Assembly: GCF_001194135.2 (NCBI RefSeq)
Contig: NC_069000.1
Coordinates: 9,083,890 to 9,147,889 of the forward strand
Length of the DNA stretch: 64,000 bases
Reading direction: 5' to 3'
Source: Octopus bimaculoides
Lineage: Eukaryota
Shown: positions 1 through 11,660 of the stretch, piece after piece
Layout: the number at the start of each line of letters is the position of its first letter
Position numbering within the stretch: position 1 is the first letter of the stretch
Notes under the pieces: model-generated
What the model saw: only the letters and a program-made list of their open reading frames with translations
The model's database searches: none
What the model was told of the DNA's origin: nothing
Made by a program: the position numbers and the translations under genes

Positions 1-1814
1 TATGTACGTTTTAAGCTTAATCCCATTTCTCCAGATTAGAATTTATTTTAGATAAGAGTAAATGAAAAATAATAATAATAATACTGAATTGTTCCAGTTA
101 ATAGGCCAATCATTTTTATTTTTCATTTTTTTTTTAATACTAAAAAATATTAAAAAAGAAATAAAAAAAGTAAATGAAAATAAAATTAAGTCAGAATTGT
201 AATTACTCTTCTCCCTTTTGCTGCTGGGGCGGGGGATCTGGGATAGGGTGGCTAGTTGCAAATTTTCTACATTTGTGCATTCCGTTGGAGAAAATGTTTA
301 CACAGCTGGAACCCATTTCGTCAGCCAGGCAGACTAGACTAAGACAAGCAGTCTTATTGTGCTGCTTAGCCCTGGTACCATACAATATAGAATTTGTTGT
401 AGTAGTAGTAGTAGTGATGGTGGTGGTGAAGGCGTATGGCCTAGTGGTTGCACTCACAGTTGCAAGGTTGTGGTTTCAATTCCTGAACCAGGCAGTGTGT
501 TGTGTTCTTGAGCTAAGCACTTCATTTCATGTTGCTCTGCAGTCACTTCAACATCTCATGGTGGCACACCATGCACACCTGCCGCCTTTACAGGCACAGG
601 TAATGACGATTTATTTGATGGAGAGATTGAGCTAATGTGCAGCAGAACTATTTCGATCACTGTAAACAAATCATCTGTGCAGGTTATTCAACAAAAAGTT
701 TGAATGACTTTGCAAAGACTCCCTCATTCAATGGTAATGGTAACAGTCACTGTGGTGTTGGTATGAGGATGGTGGATGACAGTGAGATCAAACAAAAGCT
801 GAGCCCTATTTAGTTGACCTTTTATATTATGAGTTCAAATTCTGCCATATTTTACCTTTCGTTCACCTCCTGCCTCAGGTTGATTGCACCTGTTATTTAT
901 TCATTGAGAATTAAAATTCTTAAATTAAATTATGCTAATTTCATGAATTTAACTTTCATCTCTTTGATTAAGTTTTATGCATTACCAAAAGCGTTATTGA
1001 TGTTTGTTTAGTTTTTTTTTTTATGATTTGAAAAAGAAAGAAAAAAAAAATATGAAGCATGAAATATAATCTTGAAAATATCAAAAAGTTATTGTATTCT
1101 GATAAATAGCATAAAAGAATTGTGTGTGTGTGGTTCTTATGCTGTTGTCTTACATGTTCGAAGATTGCAACATTCACCGAACAGCAGGGAAACTTCTCAG
1201 ATGAAATAAATAAATAAAAACAAAATGAAATCAAAAAATAAAAAGGAAAGGAAAAAATCAATTGTTTTCTTTATAAGTAACCCATCTGTAATAACCTACT
1301 CCCTGTTGTTTATGATAATTAAGCAATTATCTAGAGAAATCCTGTTATGTTGACAACACACATTTGCAACACTCTTGTCTTTACTTTCTCATTTAGAATG
1401 TGGCAGGCATTCTGTGTTTGTTATTACAGTATAGCAGTGTTGTCTTTCTTCTTGTCTTAGTCTGAACTGACATTATTGGGTAAAATCAGATTAATAATCG
1501 ATAGATAGATAGTATGTAGATCAGATATTTGTATATGTTAGAAAGACATTCAATTCTGCCTGTAGTTGTCTCTTGTTTTTGTTGTTTAGCCCCAGGTTAG
1601 TCAGACCTGATTGAACAGACTTATGATAATCAAAGGTGTTCCAGTTCTAGCAACGACTGCACTGTTCTTTGTTTTTATGTAGGTTAGCATTACATTGTCT
1701 TATGCGACAGGAGTTGTTTTTTTTAGGCAATAAGATAGTAGATGTTATTTCTTACATGTAGGGCAACAATATAGCAGCGCTTAATAATCTTGGTGTTGCT
1801 TGCTTAACTTACAA

Positions 1815-2183
1815 TGGCACTCCATCGGTTACGATGACAAGAGTTCCAGTTGAACCAATCAGCAGAACATCCTGCTTGTGAATTTAACATGCAAGTGGCT
1901 GAGCACTCCACAGACTTGCATACCCTTAATGTAGTTCTGAGGGAGATTCAACATGACCCAGAATGTGACAAGGCTGGCCCTTTTGACCTCCGGGTACTAT
2001 TCATTTTTGACCTCCGGGTACTATTCATTTTTGACATCCGGGTACTATTCATTTTTGTCAACCGAGTGCACTGGAACAACAGGAAATAAAGCGTCTTGCT
2101 CAAGGACACAGCACACCACCAGGAATCGAACTCACAACCTTACAGTCATGATCCAAGCACCCTAGCCACTAAGCCACGCATTT
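1815..2183 (-). mobile_element. tRNA-derived SINE (family A) with an internal 24-bp triplication
   Basis: tRNA-like head with A/B boxes (GTGGCTTAGTGG...GAGTTCGATTCC on the - strand); related copies at 18811-19125 and 46226-46590. Confidence 0.8.
1981..2057. repeat. 24-bp tandem repeat, ~3.2 copies (TTTTGACCTCCGGGTACTATTCAT)
   Basis: Units at 1981, 2005 and 2029, with one substitution in the third. Confidence 0.9.
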
Positions 2184-3715
2184 GCACTTAACTTACAGTA
2201 GAATCCCAGTAAAAGACTATCTGAATGAAAACCAGATTTCCCTAGTAACAAGAGTAGTACATGATGCAAGCCTGTATTTTCTGAGTGCCTGTGTTAAATG
2301 CTTTATTACTATAGTGCCCTACTGCCTTCAATTTTAATGAATAGCTGGATATACAAGGTTAATCCAATATTTGCAATACTCACAAGATCAAATATACTTT
2401 TAAGTTATACAAATTACAATAATCAAATTTAATGGCAGTGGTGAATGGGCTAGCTTACTTCATTTTTGTTGAATATTAATTAATAGGCTTGCCATTCTGT
2501 TTCTTTATTTCAAGCCATTATACTCATCATAAAACAGCAAGCTTGATAATTATCATTCTCGTAAATAAGATCGGTTGAATGAATCGGGTTATTATTGATA
2601 TTATGTAGACACAGTAAATGCCAACCATCTCTGTTATATCAAATTGGGATTTTGAAACAAGCCAGAAACATTTCATTGTGTACAGCTTCTCCTTTAAAAA
2701 TGTATGCCATTAAGCCAAACCGATAACGTTTTCAATATTAGAACACAAAAAGAAATTTACATTGTATTAAGGTCTATGGTGTATCAGGACAGAATATTTA
2801 ACATGTGTACCTTTTAGTTGCTTAAGTAACAATGCCATGGATTAGAGAATTCACTTAACGTTGTAGCATTTAAGCTTTGTGATGCTTTGTTTTTTTTGTC
2901 TTTTTTTTCTGGTTTGGTTTAAAACAAAATCAAGATGAAGGGAGGAAATAAGCTTAACATTTGACAGAGAAATCTGAATGCTAAAGGATTGAAACATATG
3001 GGAGACCCAACCGTACATGTTGGACCCAGGGTGATTTGGGGGGAGGAGTATGCCTCTTATATGGCCACCAAATACATATGGTAAATACGGATACTTTAAA
3101 AACTGGTGGAGGTTGCTTTTTGTTTTCTTTGCATATATGTGTGTCTAAGAATCAGAGATGATCTCAGGCAGGTTATATAAAGTATGTGTATGGGATAAAG
3201 TGGGGGGGNNNNNNNNNNGTGGGGGGGGGGGTTGTTTCAGTTTTTCTCACCATCACATTTTTCTTAGCAATACAGTTTCTCTCCTCTCCTTCATTTTTCA
3301 CTTTCTCCTCTTTTTTTTCTTCCGTACATCTTTCAGTTCACTTGCACATTTTTCTGTTCCTTTTTTTGCATGTTGATGTGCCTTTTCTCAATTTTGGAAT
3401 GTGCATGTTGCTAATTCACTTTTGGTTTCACCTGCATTGTGCCTTTCTTTTTCACTTGAGCCATTTTTCTTTTTCTCAGAATTTTTAGCTGCCACATTTT
3501 TCTCTCCTTCTTTTGGAAACTTCTGCACAAGACTATGCAAATTTTTTTAATTTACTTTTTTATTCTGTGCAGGTCTTTCTTTCTCTGTCATCAATATTTT
3601 TTATTCGTATCACTAGCTTATGTTTCTTGGTTTAAGTAGCAATAAATTATTAACCAAAAAAAAAAAAAAAAAAAAAGGGCAGGCAATGATGATGTTGATG
3701 TTGCAATCCTTCTAG

Positions 3716-3874
3716 ATGGTCCGTATGGAAATGCAAATGGCTACATTGAGAACAAACACAACACTTCCAGTGAACACACCGATGAGCTGCCGCCTTACAC
3801 TGACAATGACATAGCTCATGAACTGTCCGATGAGTCTGACCCCGAGAAACCCTATGACACCTACAGGAATGATA
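3716..3874 (+). CDS. Coding exon (159 nt, phase 1-1) of the echinoid-like gene
   Basis: ccttctag|AT...GATA|gtgagt; open frame GPYGNANGYIENK...YDTYRND. Confidence 0.8.
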
Positions 3875-4855
3875 GTGAGTACAGATATAATAATATTATT
3901 ACAAGTCATCACCTGCATGGTTGGGACAACTATGTCTTCTTACCAAAAATTCCCACAATTTCTCTCACTCTCTCTTTTTTTACTTCTGTTTCTTTGTTTT
4001 TGTTTTGTTTTCCCTCCTTCATGGAGTTGCTGTGTTTTTTTTTGTTTTTTTATTTCTAATTCTTTATGATTCCTGGATTAAGTTTTTCCTGGTTTTGATA
4101 GAGAATCTCTTTAGATATTATCTCTATCTTCTTACACTTTCTTTCTTATAAACCTCACTCACTCCAAGTCACATCAGCACATATTCTATGTCACAATTGC
4201 TGAGTTTCCATTGGGTATCCCTGTCTCTATCACCATTGTCCTCTTCATATACCACTCTGACATCATAATGAACCAAAAAAAATTAATCACTCTTTTTCTT
4301 GCTCTATTTAATGAAAACATCATCACTGAACCAAAGTCATATCAATGCACATTCTGTCATAATTTAGTTCTCAATCGGGTATTTAAAATCTATTTTATCT
4401 TGAACTAGACACCTTGCATTATAACACATGCACACACATACATCATTGTCTCTGTCACCAGTCTCTGCCGTTACCATTCTGCCTATTTTTGACATTATTT
4501 GTTATGACAAGACTCACCTGAATCATATCATAACTTTGAGCCCTCAGTTGGATATCTCAATTTTAAAGCCTTTGTTATCAGGAGCTAGTTCACCTCATAT
4601 ATATTCAAAAAGGGGATAAAAATCTTTTACAAGAATTTTATCAGGAAGCCAGTGTGTAAAAAAAAAATTCATAAGGGAAATTTCTATTCCTGAGAATATA
4701 ATTATTCGTTTATATTTACATAAGGGGCATTACTACAGAATAATGCCACACACTGGACTTCCCAAAATAAACACATTTTCCTCGCATTCGGTACTAAATG
4801 TGTTTATTTTGGGAAGTCCAGTGTGTGGCATTATTCTGTAGTAATGCCCCTTATG

Positions 4856-4896
<41 letters not shown>

Positions 4897-5671
4897 AAAT
4901 GAGATGACAAAGGAATAAGTGATTATCTTATGGACTTGATTAGCTTACAGCTGTTTCTGCATGTTAATTCAGCCATTATTATAGCCTCTATGTGGTCACT
5001 CATCCTGCTAGATATAGCAGTCAACTACCCCATTAGTTCACACAGCTTACTATCATAAAGAAGGATAAAAGTCAAAAAGGGAATGTTTTTGGTCTAGGGT
5101 TAAACAACATAAACAAATCAACGAATCGAAATGCACACACACACACATGAGAGGGAGACAGGAAGAAAGAAAAGAATAAAAGAAATTAGGGGTTGGCTAT
5201 GTCCACCATGCATAATAACTTCTGGAAGAGATAGGAATCACATCTCTCCTATAAGCACCAGCTCGTTTTACATCTTTCAGGCAATCTGTTTATTTCTCTT
5301 ACGCTGTATCAGATCTGCACACTGTCACACTCCTACATTGTTGCACCTTTGCATGCAGCTGCCAATTTTACACTTCATTGATCACGGTATCTGTGAAGAC
5401 ATTGTTCTTAATTTACAGGGATGGTCATGAACTGAATTAATATAAACACACACACACAGTACACATTTGAGCATACCTGCATGCACACACACACACATTC
5501 ATTAAAGCTTTGTTCTGTTTCCCACATGACACATGATCTATATACATGTTTGTGTGTGTGTATTTATAATAAAGTGTATATGTGTGCATATACACCCTTA
5601 CTTAAAATGAGGTGTTAATGCAGGTATATATATCTATATGCATAATATATATGAATGTATCTATATATATC

Positions 5672-5710
<39 letters not shown>

Positions 5711-8700
5711 TATACTCTTTACTCTCTTTTACTTGTTTCAGTCATTTGACAATGTTTAACAAAAACATCTTTAAATGACGGTCTGACCGTCTGCCAAGCA
5801 AATGGGAAGCAGTAATTGAAGTAGTTGTATGCTGTCAACTTAACGTGACAGTCCCATGAAGGGAATAATACTACTGTTGTTTAGACCTAGGAAGCTGCAC
5901 CGCTTCCTGTCAAGGAATGTGTCATGGCCGACAGGAAGCAATGCAGTATTGATGAGAAAAAGATCAGCATAACTGAACATGCTAACCTATACAATCAATA
6001 TTATTTCTTAGAATTTCAAAACATGAATCCTTCAAATTTTTTTTTTTTATTCATTATTATATATTTCAATGGGGTAATGTTGGAGTTGGAGAGAAGGGAT
6101 AAAATAAAATTAAAACTTGAATAGTCTTGAACAAGAATTGCACCATGGCATCAGTTTTAACTTATTGGCTGAATGAAATATCTCAGCTTTCGTGAGAAAC
6201 TGGGAAAGATATTTTGCACAGTTCAAAACAGAGCCATTGGATCTTCAGACTCACTCTCACTCACTCACTCAGAGTTGAGAAGAACGAGGGAGAAATTCCC
6301 CCTAAATGGGGATCAGAATTTCAGTATTTCAGGTAAACACTCTTTCTCTTCTATGCATGCAGGTAATATTATTCCTTGTTTAAGGCAGCAAGCTGCCAGA
6401 AACGTTAACATGCCGGATGAAATGCTTAGCAGTATTTAGTCTGTCTTTGTGTTTTGAGTTCAAATTCCTCCAAGGTCGACTTTGCCTTTCAGCCTTTCGG
6501 GTTCGATAAATTAAGTACCAGTTTCATACTGGGTCGATCTAATCGACTGGCTCTCCTCTCCCCAAAACGTCAGGCCTTGTGCCAAGAGATTATTCCTTGT
6601 TTAGGTATGTTCTTCTTTTGGAAGAAGCTGGTAGTTTGTTAGTTTTGTATTTTGCTTCATTTTACTAACATTTTACTAACTGAAACAAATCCTGCCTGAC
6701 ATTTTATTCCTGTTGCACAAGGTTTTTGTTTTTTTTTGTTTTTGTGTTTTTGTTACATGTTTTTTTTTTTTTTATCCTTCTGCAATTCTACCCTTACGTT
6801 TGTTTGCTCCACCGCTTAACTTGATGGTCTTAAAGAGCTAATCAGTCAGTCAGTCGCTATAACACTTTAATTAATTTCCCCTCCTCACACTCTGGAAGCA
6901 TGAGAGAATACAAGGATAGAAAATGTCAGCAAATGATATTAATTGTTGTTGTTGTTAATCCTCTTGTATTCCTTTACTTGTTTCACTCATTAGACTGCGG
7001 CCATGCTAGGGCATCACCTTGAAGAAATTTTAGTTGAATGAATCAATCCCAGTACTTATTTTTTGTATCTGTTTGTTTATTATTTTTATTTTTGGAAGTC
7101 TGGCACTTATTTTATCAATCTCTTTTGCCTAACTGCTAATGTACAAGGATGTAAACACACCAACACCAGCTGTGATGGGGGGGGGGCAAACACAGTCCAC
7201 ACAGTTTACAAGCATTCATATCATATCTTCAGGTTGAGGATAACTTGATAGCGTCCTTCCTTCCTCTTGTCGGTCTTTGTAGGCCTTGAGAAAAAACGGT
7301 CAAAGAGCAATGCTCTCTTTCTCACCTCTGGCGAGCAAAATATGTATAAAAAGAAAAGAAAAAAATACACAATAAAAACGCAGTATTTTGAGTTTTCTGA
7401 ATATTCTTGGTCAGTTTCTTTGGTTTAACTTATTCTCTTCATCACCATTTAACGTTTATTTCCCCCATGCTGGTGTAGATTGGACAGTTTGACAGGGGCT
7501 GGCAAGCCTGGGGACTGTGTAAAGCTCCACTATGTGCGTTGTCATGGTTTCTGTAGCTAGATGTCCTTCCTAATACCAACCACTTTACAGGAGTGTACTT
7601 GGATGCTTTTGATGTAGCACTGACACCCATGAAGGTCACTAAGTAACTCACATGACAAGACTCTTCGACTGAAGTGGGGAGGGGGGGATTGAGGGAGCTG
7701 ACTGTGCCAGGTGATGAGAGATTTCTTGTAAGCTTTTTTTTTTTATTGTTAGTTCCTGTTGTTATATGAAGAATTAATTACATATATCGGGTGATGGGCA
7801 TCTCTTGACCGTTTCAGTATTTTCCTCTCGTGCATGTACAGGGACACTAGCAGTCAAGTTTGTTGTAAACTGTTGCCCAGTGAACCATATGGTTAAATAT
7901 GTTCAAACTTAATTAAAGTTTGTGTGTGTTGCATGTCTAAGGTGAAACAAATTATATCTTCCGTCTCACTGTCAATAACTAATGTTTCTCAATTAGTTGT
8001 TGTTGACTGGTCTGGTTAGCAAAAACATCATCTTTGTTAACAGCCAAATTCTGGACTCTTTTTCTAATTTACTGCTCATTCTCCTCAAATATTTCATTCA
8101 AATCCATCCAGCGGTTCCAATTTGTCCTTTAAGACAGTAGGGTGCAATTTGAGGGGAATTTGACTGCTATTTCCAGCAGATCTGGCTACCATATGAAGGC
8201 TCTCTATTCATTGATCTGAATTTATATTGTTCTTGTTAAAATTATCAAACCCCTGAGTTAACTTAGCTTTCCATTCTTTTATTTCATTTTTTTCAGACGT
8301 AGTGTACTTTGGATTACATTAATGTAATTTAAGACAGACTTAACTGCTATTTTTAACAGATTGAGCAACTACATAGAGGCTTCCTTGTTGGCTCATTGTA
8401 ATTTGAGTTGTTTAACCCTAGCTTAACCCTGACCAAGCAAATCTTTCCTCTGAATGTTTTTCCGCTGTTGTAATCCTTTTGTTTAAGACTGTAGAATGTG
8501 ATTTGAAGGAGACCATTCCCTCTTTTTGTCCAAATACACCCAAACTTTAAAGCTGCTTTTCTAACAAAACTTCATAGATGGTTCTCTGCAATTGTTTAGC
8601 AATACTTGTTCACTCTTTCTCCATTTCCAATTTGGCATGCTGTTGTGTATCTTTTTTCCAGACCTTAATCACGACGTCCCTCCCTCTTATTCTGATGCTT

Positions 8701-8860
8701 GTAGAAGTCCAGCCGAAAAATCTAGAGGTAGGCATGCTCTTTTGATGGTATCATTGTCAATACAATAAAAGCAGAGAAACACCAAAACCATCCCTATTAG
8801 GATTTAATGGCCCTTGTTTCACTGATTAACCCCCTCTACAGCACACTTCAATAATGAAGT

Positions 8861-8898
<38 letters not shown>

Positions 8899-10216
8899 TT
8901 TTATTTTTTTACAGATGACAGAAATTAAGCATGGCATGTTATAATTGCTTTATTTTTTTTTAAACAGTCTATGATACATAAATATACCTCACTTATGCAT
9001 GGTCTTGGTTTCAAGAGCATTTTCCTGCATGATGGTTGGTGGGTTGTGCGTTTTTGCATTCCTAAATGAGATAATGGATAAATATTTTTTAAAAATGACC
9101 TGAACAAAAGTTTTTTTTTTTTTTTTAACTTGCTGAGTCTGAAGGAAGAGATAGTTTCTATGAGCTTTGCAGGCTCTTTGTGACAGATGAGACTGATACC
9201 ACTAACATTTCGTTTAAACCAGTGGTTCTCAACCATTTTTTTTTTTTTTGCCTATGTACCACTTTTGATTCCTATTTTTCTCTGGTGGACTCCCATATCC
9301 ATTCAATGTTTAAAAATATTCTATTAAATTTTTATAATTGAATATCATTAGGAATTGTATAAAATATTTTGTGTATTGTAGAAGTGTAAGCAATTTATTG
9401 CAGATAAACTTTAAACAAAGTCTTACATGGACCCTGGTTGAGAATCATTGATTTAAATTGTTACAAGTTAAACACTTCTAAGAAAAACACAGGTGGGAGG
9501 AGGGGAAGATTCAAAGACATTACATTTCTGGAGGATTGGACATGGTGTTTAGTATTGGATAGAATATGGGTGGTGGGGAAAAGACGTACGAGTCAGGATT
9601 GGCTGAGTAGAGGTGGTACAAGATCAACAAGATGCAAGGGGCAGAGCTCATTATAGTAACAAAAAAAAAAAAAAGCAGTGATAGGAAATGGCATCCCTAT
9701 TCACTAGAGACAGTTGTGTTGGTGAATAATTTTATGCAACTCAGTTGAGAGTCCTTCTCTAGATATATATATATATTCTTTTGTTGTGTATATAAACAAA
9801 TTGACTGCTTTTTCCTCTGGGATAAAATGAAGGTGACGTAGACACCTCTGATGAAAACTCAAGGTTTGAAAATCAATTAAGGCTGTTATGGAATATACGA
9901 GAATTTATTATTAATCACAACAATTGTTTCATTGTGATTAACCATAAATTCTCATATATTCCAGCTTTCATTTACCAGTAAGCTACTAGGTGTAAACCAT
10001 TCATTTTATTATCCATTGATTAATAAATATATATTTTTTACTTCTTTGTAAAAAAACATTTTCATTCTCCCTCTTCTTGAAAATTTGCTATGCAATGAAA
10101 GCTGGTTAGAAATCTTTATTAAAATATGCTTCCAGTTTAGCATTCTGCCTTATTATTTTTCATTTTCCTATTATTTCTCCACGTGCAGTTAACACAACCC
10201 CACCATTTACTGACAC

Positions 10217-10253
<37 letters not shown>

Positions 10254-10409
10254 TTAATCAAAGTGTACAGTATTATATATCCATTGCAGCCAATCTTACG
10301 AATCAGTTGCACACTAGGGGTTCAATGGAGTGTTAGTTAATGGCCCAGTTATGTAACCCAGCAATCTTCAGAGGTAGCCATTATGGAATGAAATATGGTG
10401 ATAAATACA

Positions 10410-10469
<60 letters not shown>

Positions 10470-10796
10470 TACATATATTTATATACACACGTGTGTATAT
10501 AGATACAAAGATGAAAATTTTGTTACACAGTGGTCGACAGAGATGCTGAGTGTAAATGTGTGAATCAATAATACTATGGCATAAAGTGGCACGCTAAATG
10601 CTAATGAGATCTTTCTTTTGTCTTTGCAGATCTTACGTTCTATAGTCACCCTCAGTCTCCAACCAGGAACATGAATTTCATCAGTCTCAACCCTGACGGT
10701 CTGCCACGGGATACCAGCACCAGTGGACGCGAAAGTGGCTACTCCACACCAGACTCTTCACGACCTAAAAAGGTTATTTATGAAGTCATTGTATGA
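3716..10796 (+). CDS. 3' part (cytoplasmic tail) of a probable echinoid/nephrin-like Ig-superfamily adhesion receptor; exons 3716-3874, 8662-8727, 10630-10796; upstream exons not found in the window
   Basis: Three exons with canonical AG/GT sites and matching phases (1-1, 1-1, 1-stop) join into one open frame: (D)GPYGNANGYIENKHNTSSEHTDELPPYTDNDIAHELSDESDPEKPYDTYRND-NLNHDVPPSYSDACRSPAEKSR-DLTFYSHPQSPTRNMNFISLNPDGLPRDTSTSGRESGYSTPDSSRPKKVIYEVIV*. The C-terminus resembles the Drosophila Echinoid PDZ-binding end (EIIV). Gene model is strong; family assignment is about 0.5. Confidence 0.8.
4711..4863. repeat. Perfect 68-bp inverted repeat with a 17-nt loop
   Basis: 4711-4778 is the exact reverse complement of 4796-4863 (checked base by base); right arm runs into (TA)n. 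Confidence 0.95.
5785..5823 (+). mobile_element. Short remnant resembling a mariner transposase C-terminus
   Basis: Translates as DRLPSKWEAVIEV, similar to the mariner C-terminal LP.(R/K)W..V motif; very short. Confidence 0.35.
8662..8727 (+). CDS. Coding exon (66 nt, phase 1-1) carrying a PPSY motif
   Basis: ttttttccag|AC...AGAG|gtaggc; LNHDVPPSYSDACRSPAEKSR; phases match both neighbouring exons. Confidence 0.75.
9220..9450. mobile_element. hAT (Charlie-like) MITE
   Basis: TIRs CAGTGGTTCTCAACC and GGTTGAGAATCATTG; flanks GTTTAAAC and ATTTAAAT fit a decayed 8-bp target-site duplication. Confidence 0.7.
10630..10796 (+). CDS. Terminal coding exon ending KKVIYEVIV*
   Basis: tctttgcag|AT; 55 codons ending in TGA at 10794-10796. 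Confidence 0.8.
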
Positions 10797-11229
10797 TGTC
10801 ATTTCACCTGCATCCACTGATGGTCATCCTCACTGTACCGTAACCGTACTGGCTGATGATATATTGTTCGTTGAACACCCCCACTATCTTCCAAAATTCT
10901 TCACCTCTCCAGATGTTGTTTGGCCTCCATTACTATTGTCCTTTCCCCCCCTTTCTACCTATTTATTATTTTTTTTTTTTTTAATGCATCGATTTCCTAC
11001 AACTTTCACTCTCTTCACTTCTTTCCTGTTGTATACACCATGTGATACTTGAAGCAACCAATCAAATTCTGTAAAATTTAGATGTGGGAATGCAACCAGT
11101 ATGGAAGATTGCTGTTGTATTATATTATTATTATGCATGTCAGAATTGTTGTCTATGGATGGTTTAGAGATGAAGACGAGGGGGCCTTAGAGAAAGCTAA
11201 TCATTATTAGTATTATTATTATTATCATT

Positions 11230-11660
11230 AAGGTGAAGAGCTGGCAGTATCATTAGCATGCCAGGCAAAATGCTTAGTGGCATTTCATCCATCCTTATGC
11301 TCTGAGTTCAAATCCCTCTAAGGTCGACATTGCCTTTTATCCTTTCGAGGTCAATAAATTAAGTACCAGTGTTTCACTGGGGTCAATATAATCAACTAGC
11401 CCCCTTCTAAAATTTCAGGCCTTGTGCCTTTAGTAGAAAGGATTATTATCATTATTACTAAGGCAGCGAGCTAGCAGAATCATTAGCACGGCAGGCAAAA
11501 CACTTAGCTGCATGTTCTGAGTTCAAATCCTGCCGAGGTCGACTTTGCCTTTCATCCTTTCAGGGTTGATAAAATAAGTACCAGATGAGCACTGGAGTTG
11601 ATGTAATTGACTCAGCCCGTTCCCCATAACTGCTGGCCTTGTGCCAACATTTGAAACCAT
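11230..11660 (+). mobile_element. Two tandem copies of SINE family B (core GTCGACTTTGCCTTTCATCCTTTCGGGGTCGATAAATTAAGTACCAG)
   Basis: Same core recurs near 6470, 16670 (partial), 22170, 25740, 27240, 27490, 35030 (-), 38550, 46030 (-), 56090 and 58260 (-). Confidence 0.8.

Noticed and set aside
174-635. 153-aa + strand ORF
   Set aside because: Runs through a (GTA/GTG)n microsatellite and a SINE; no splice sites in phase with the echinoid-like exons.
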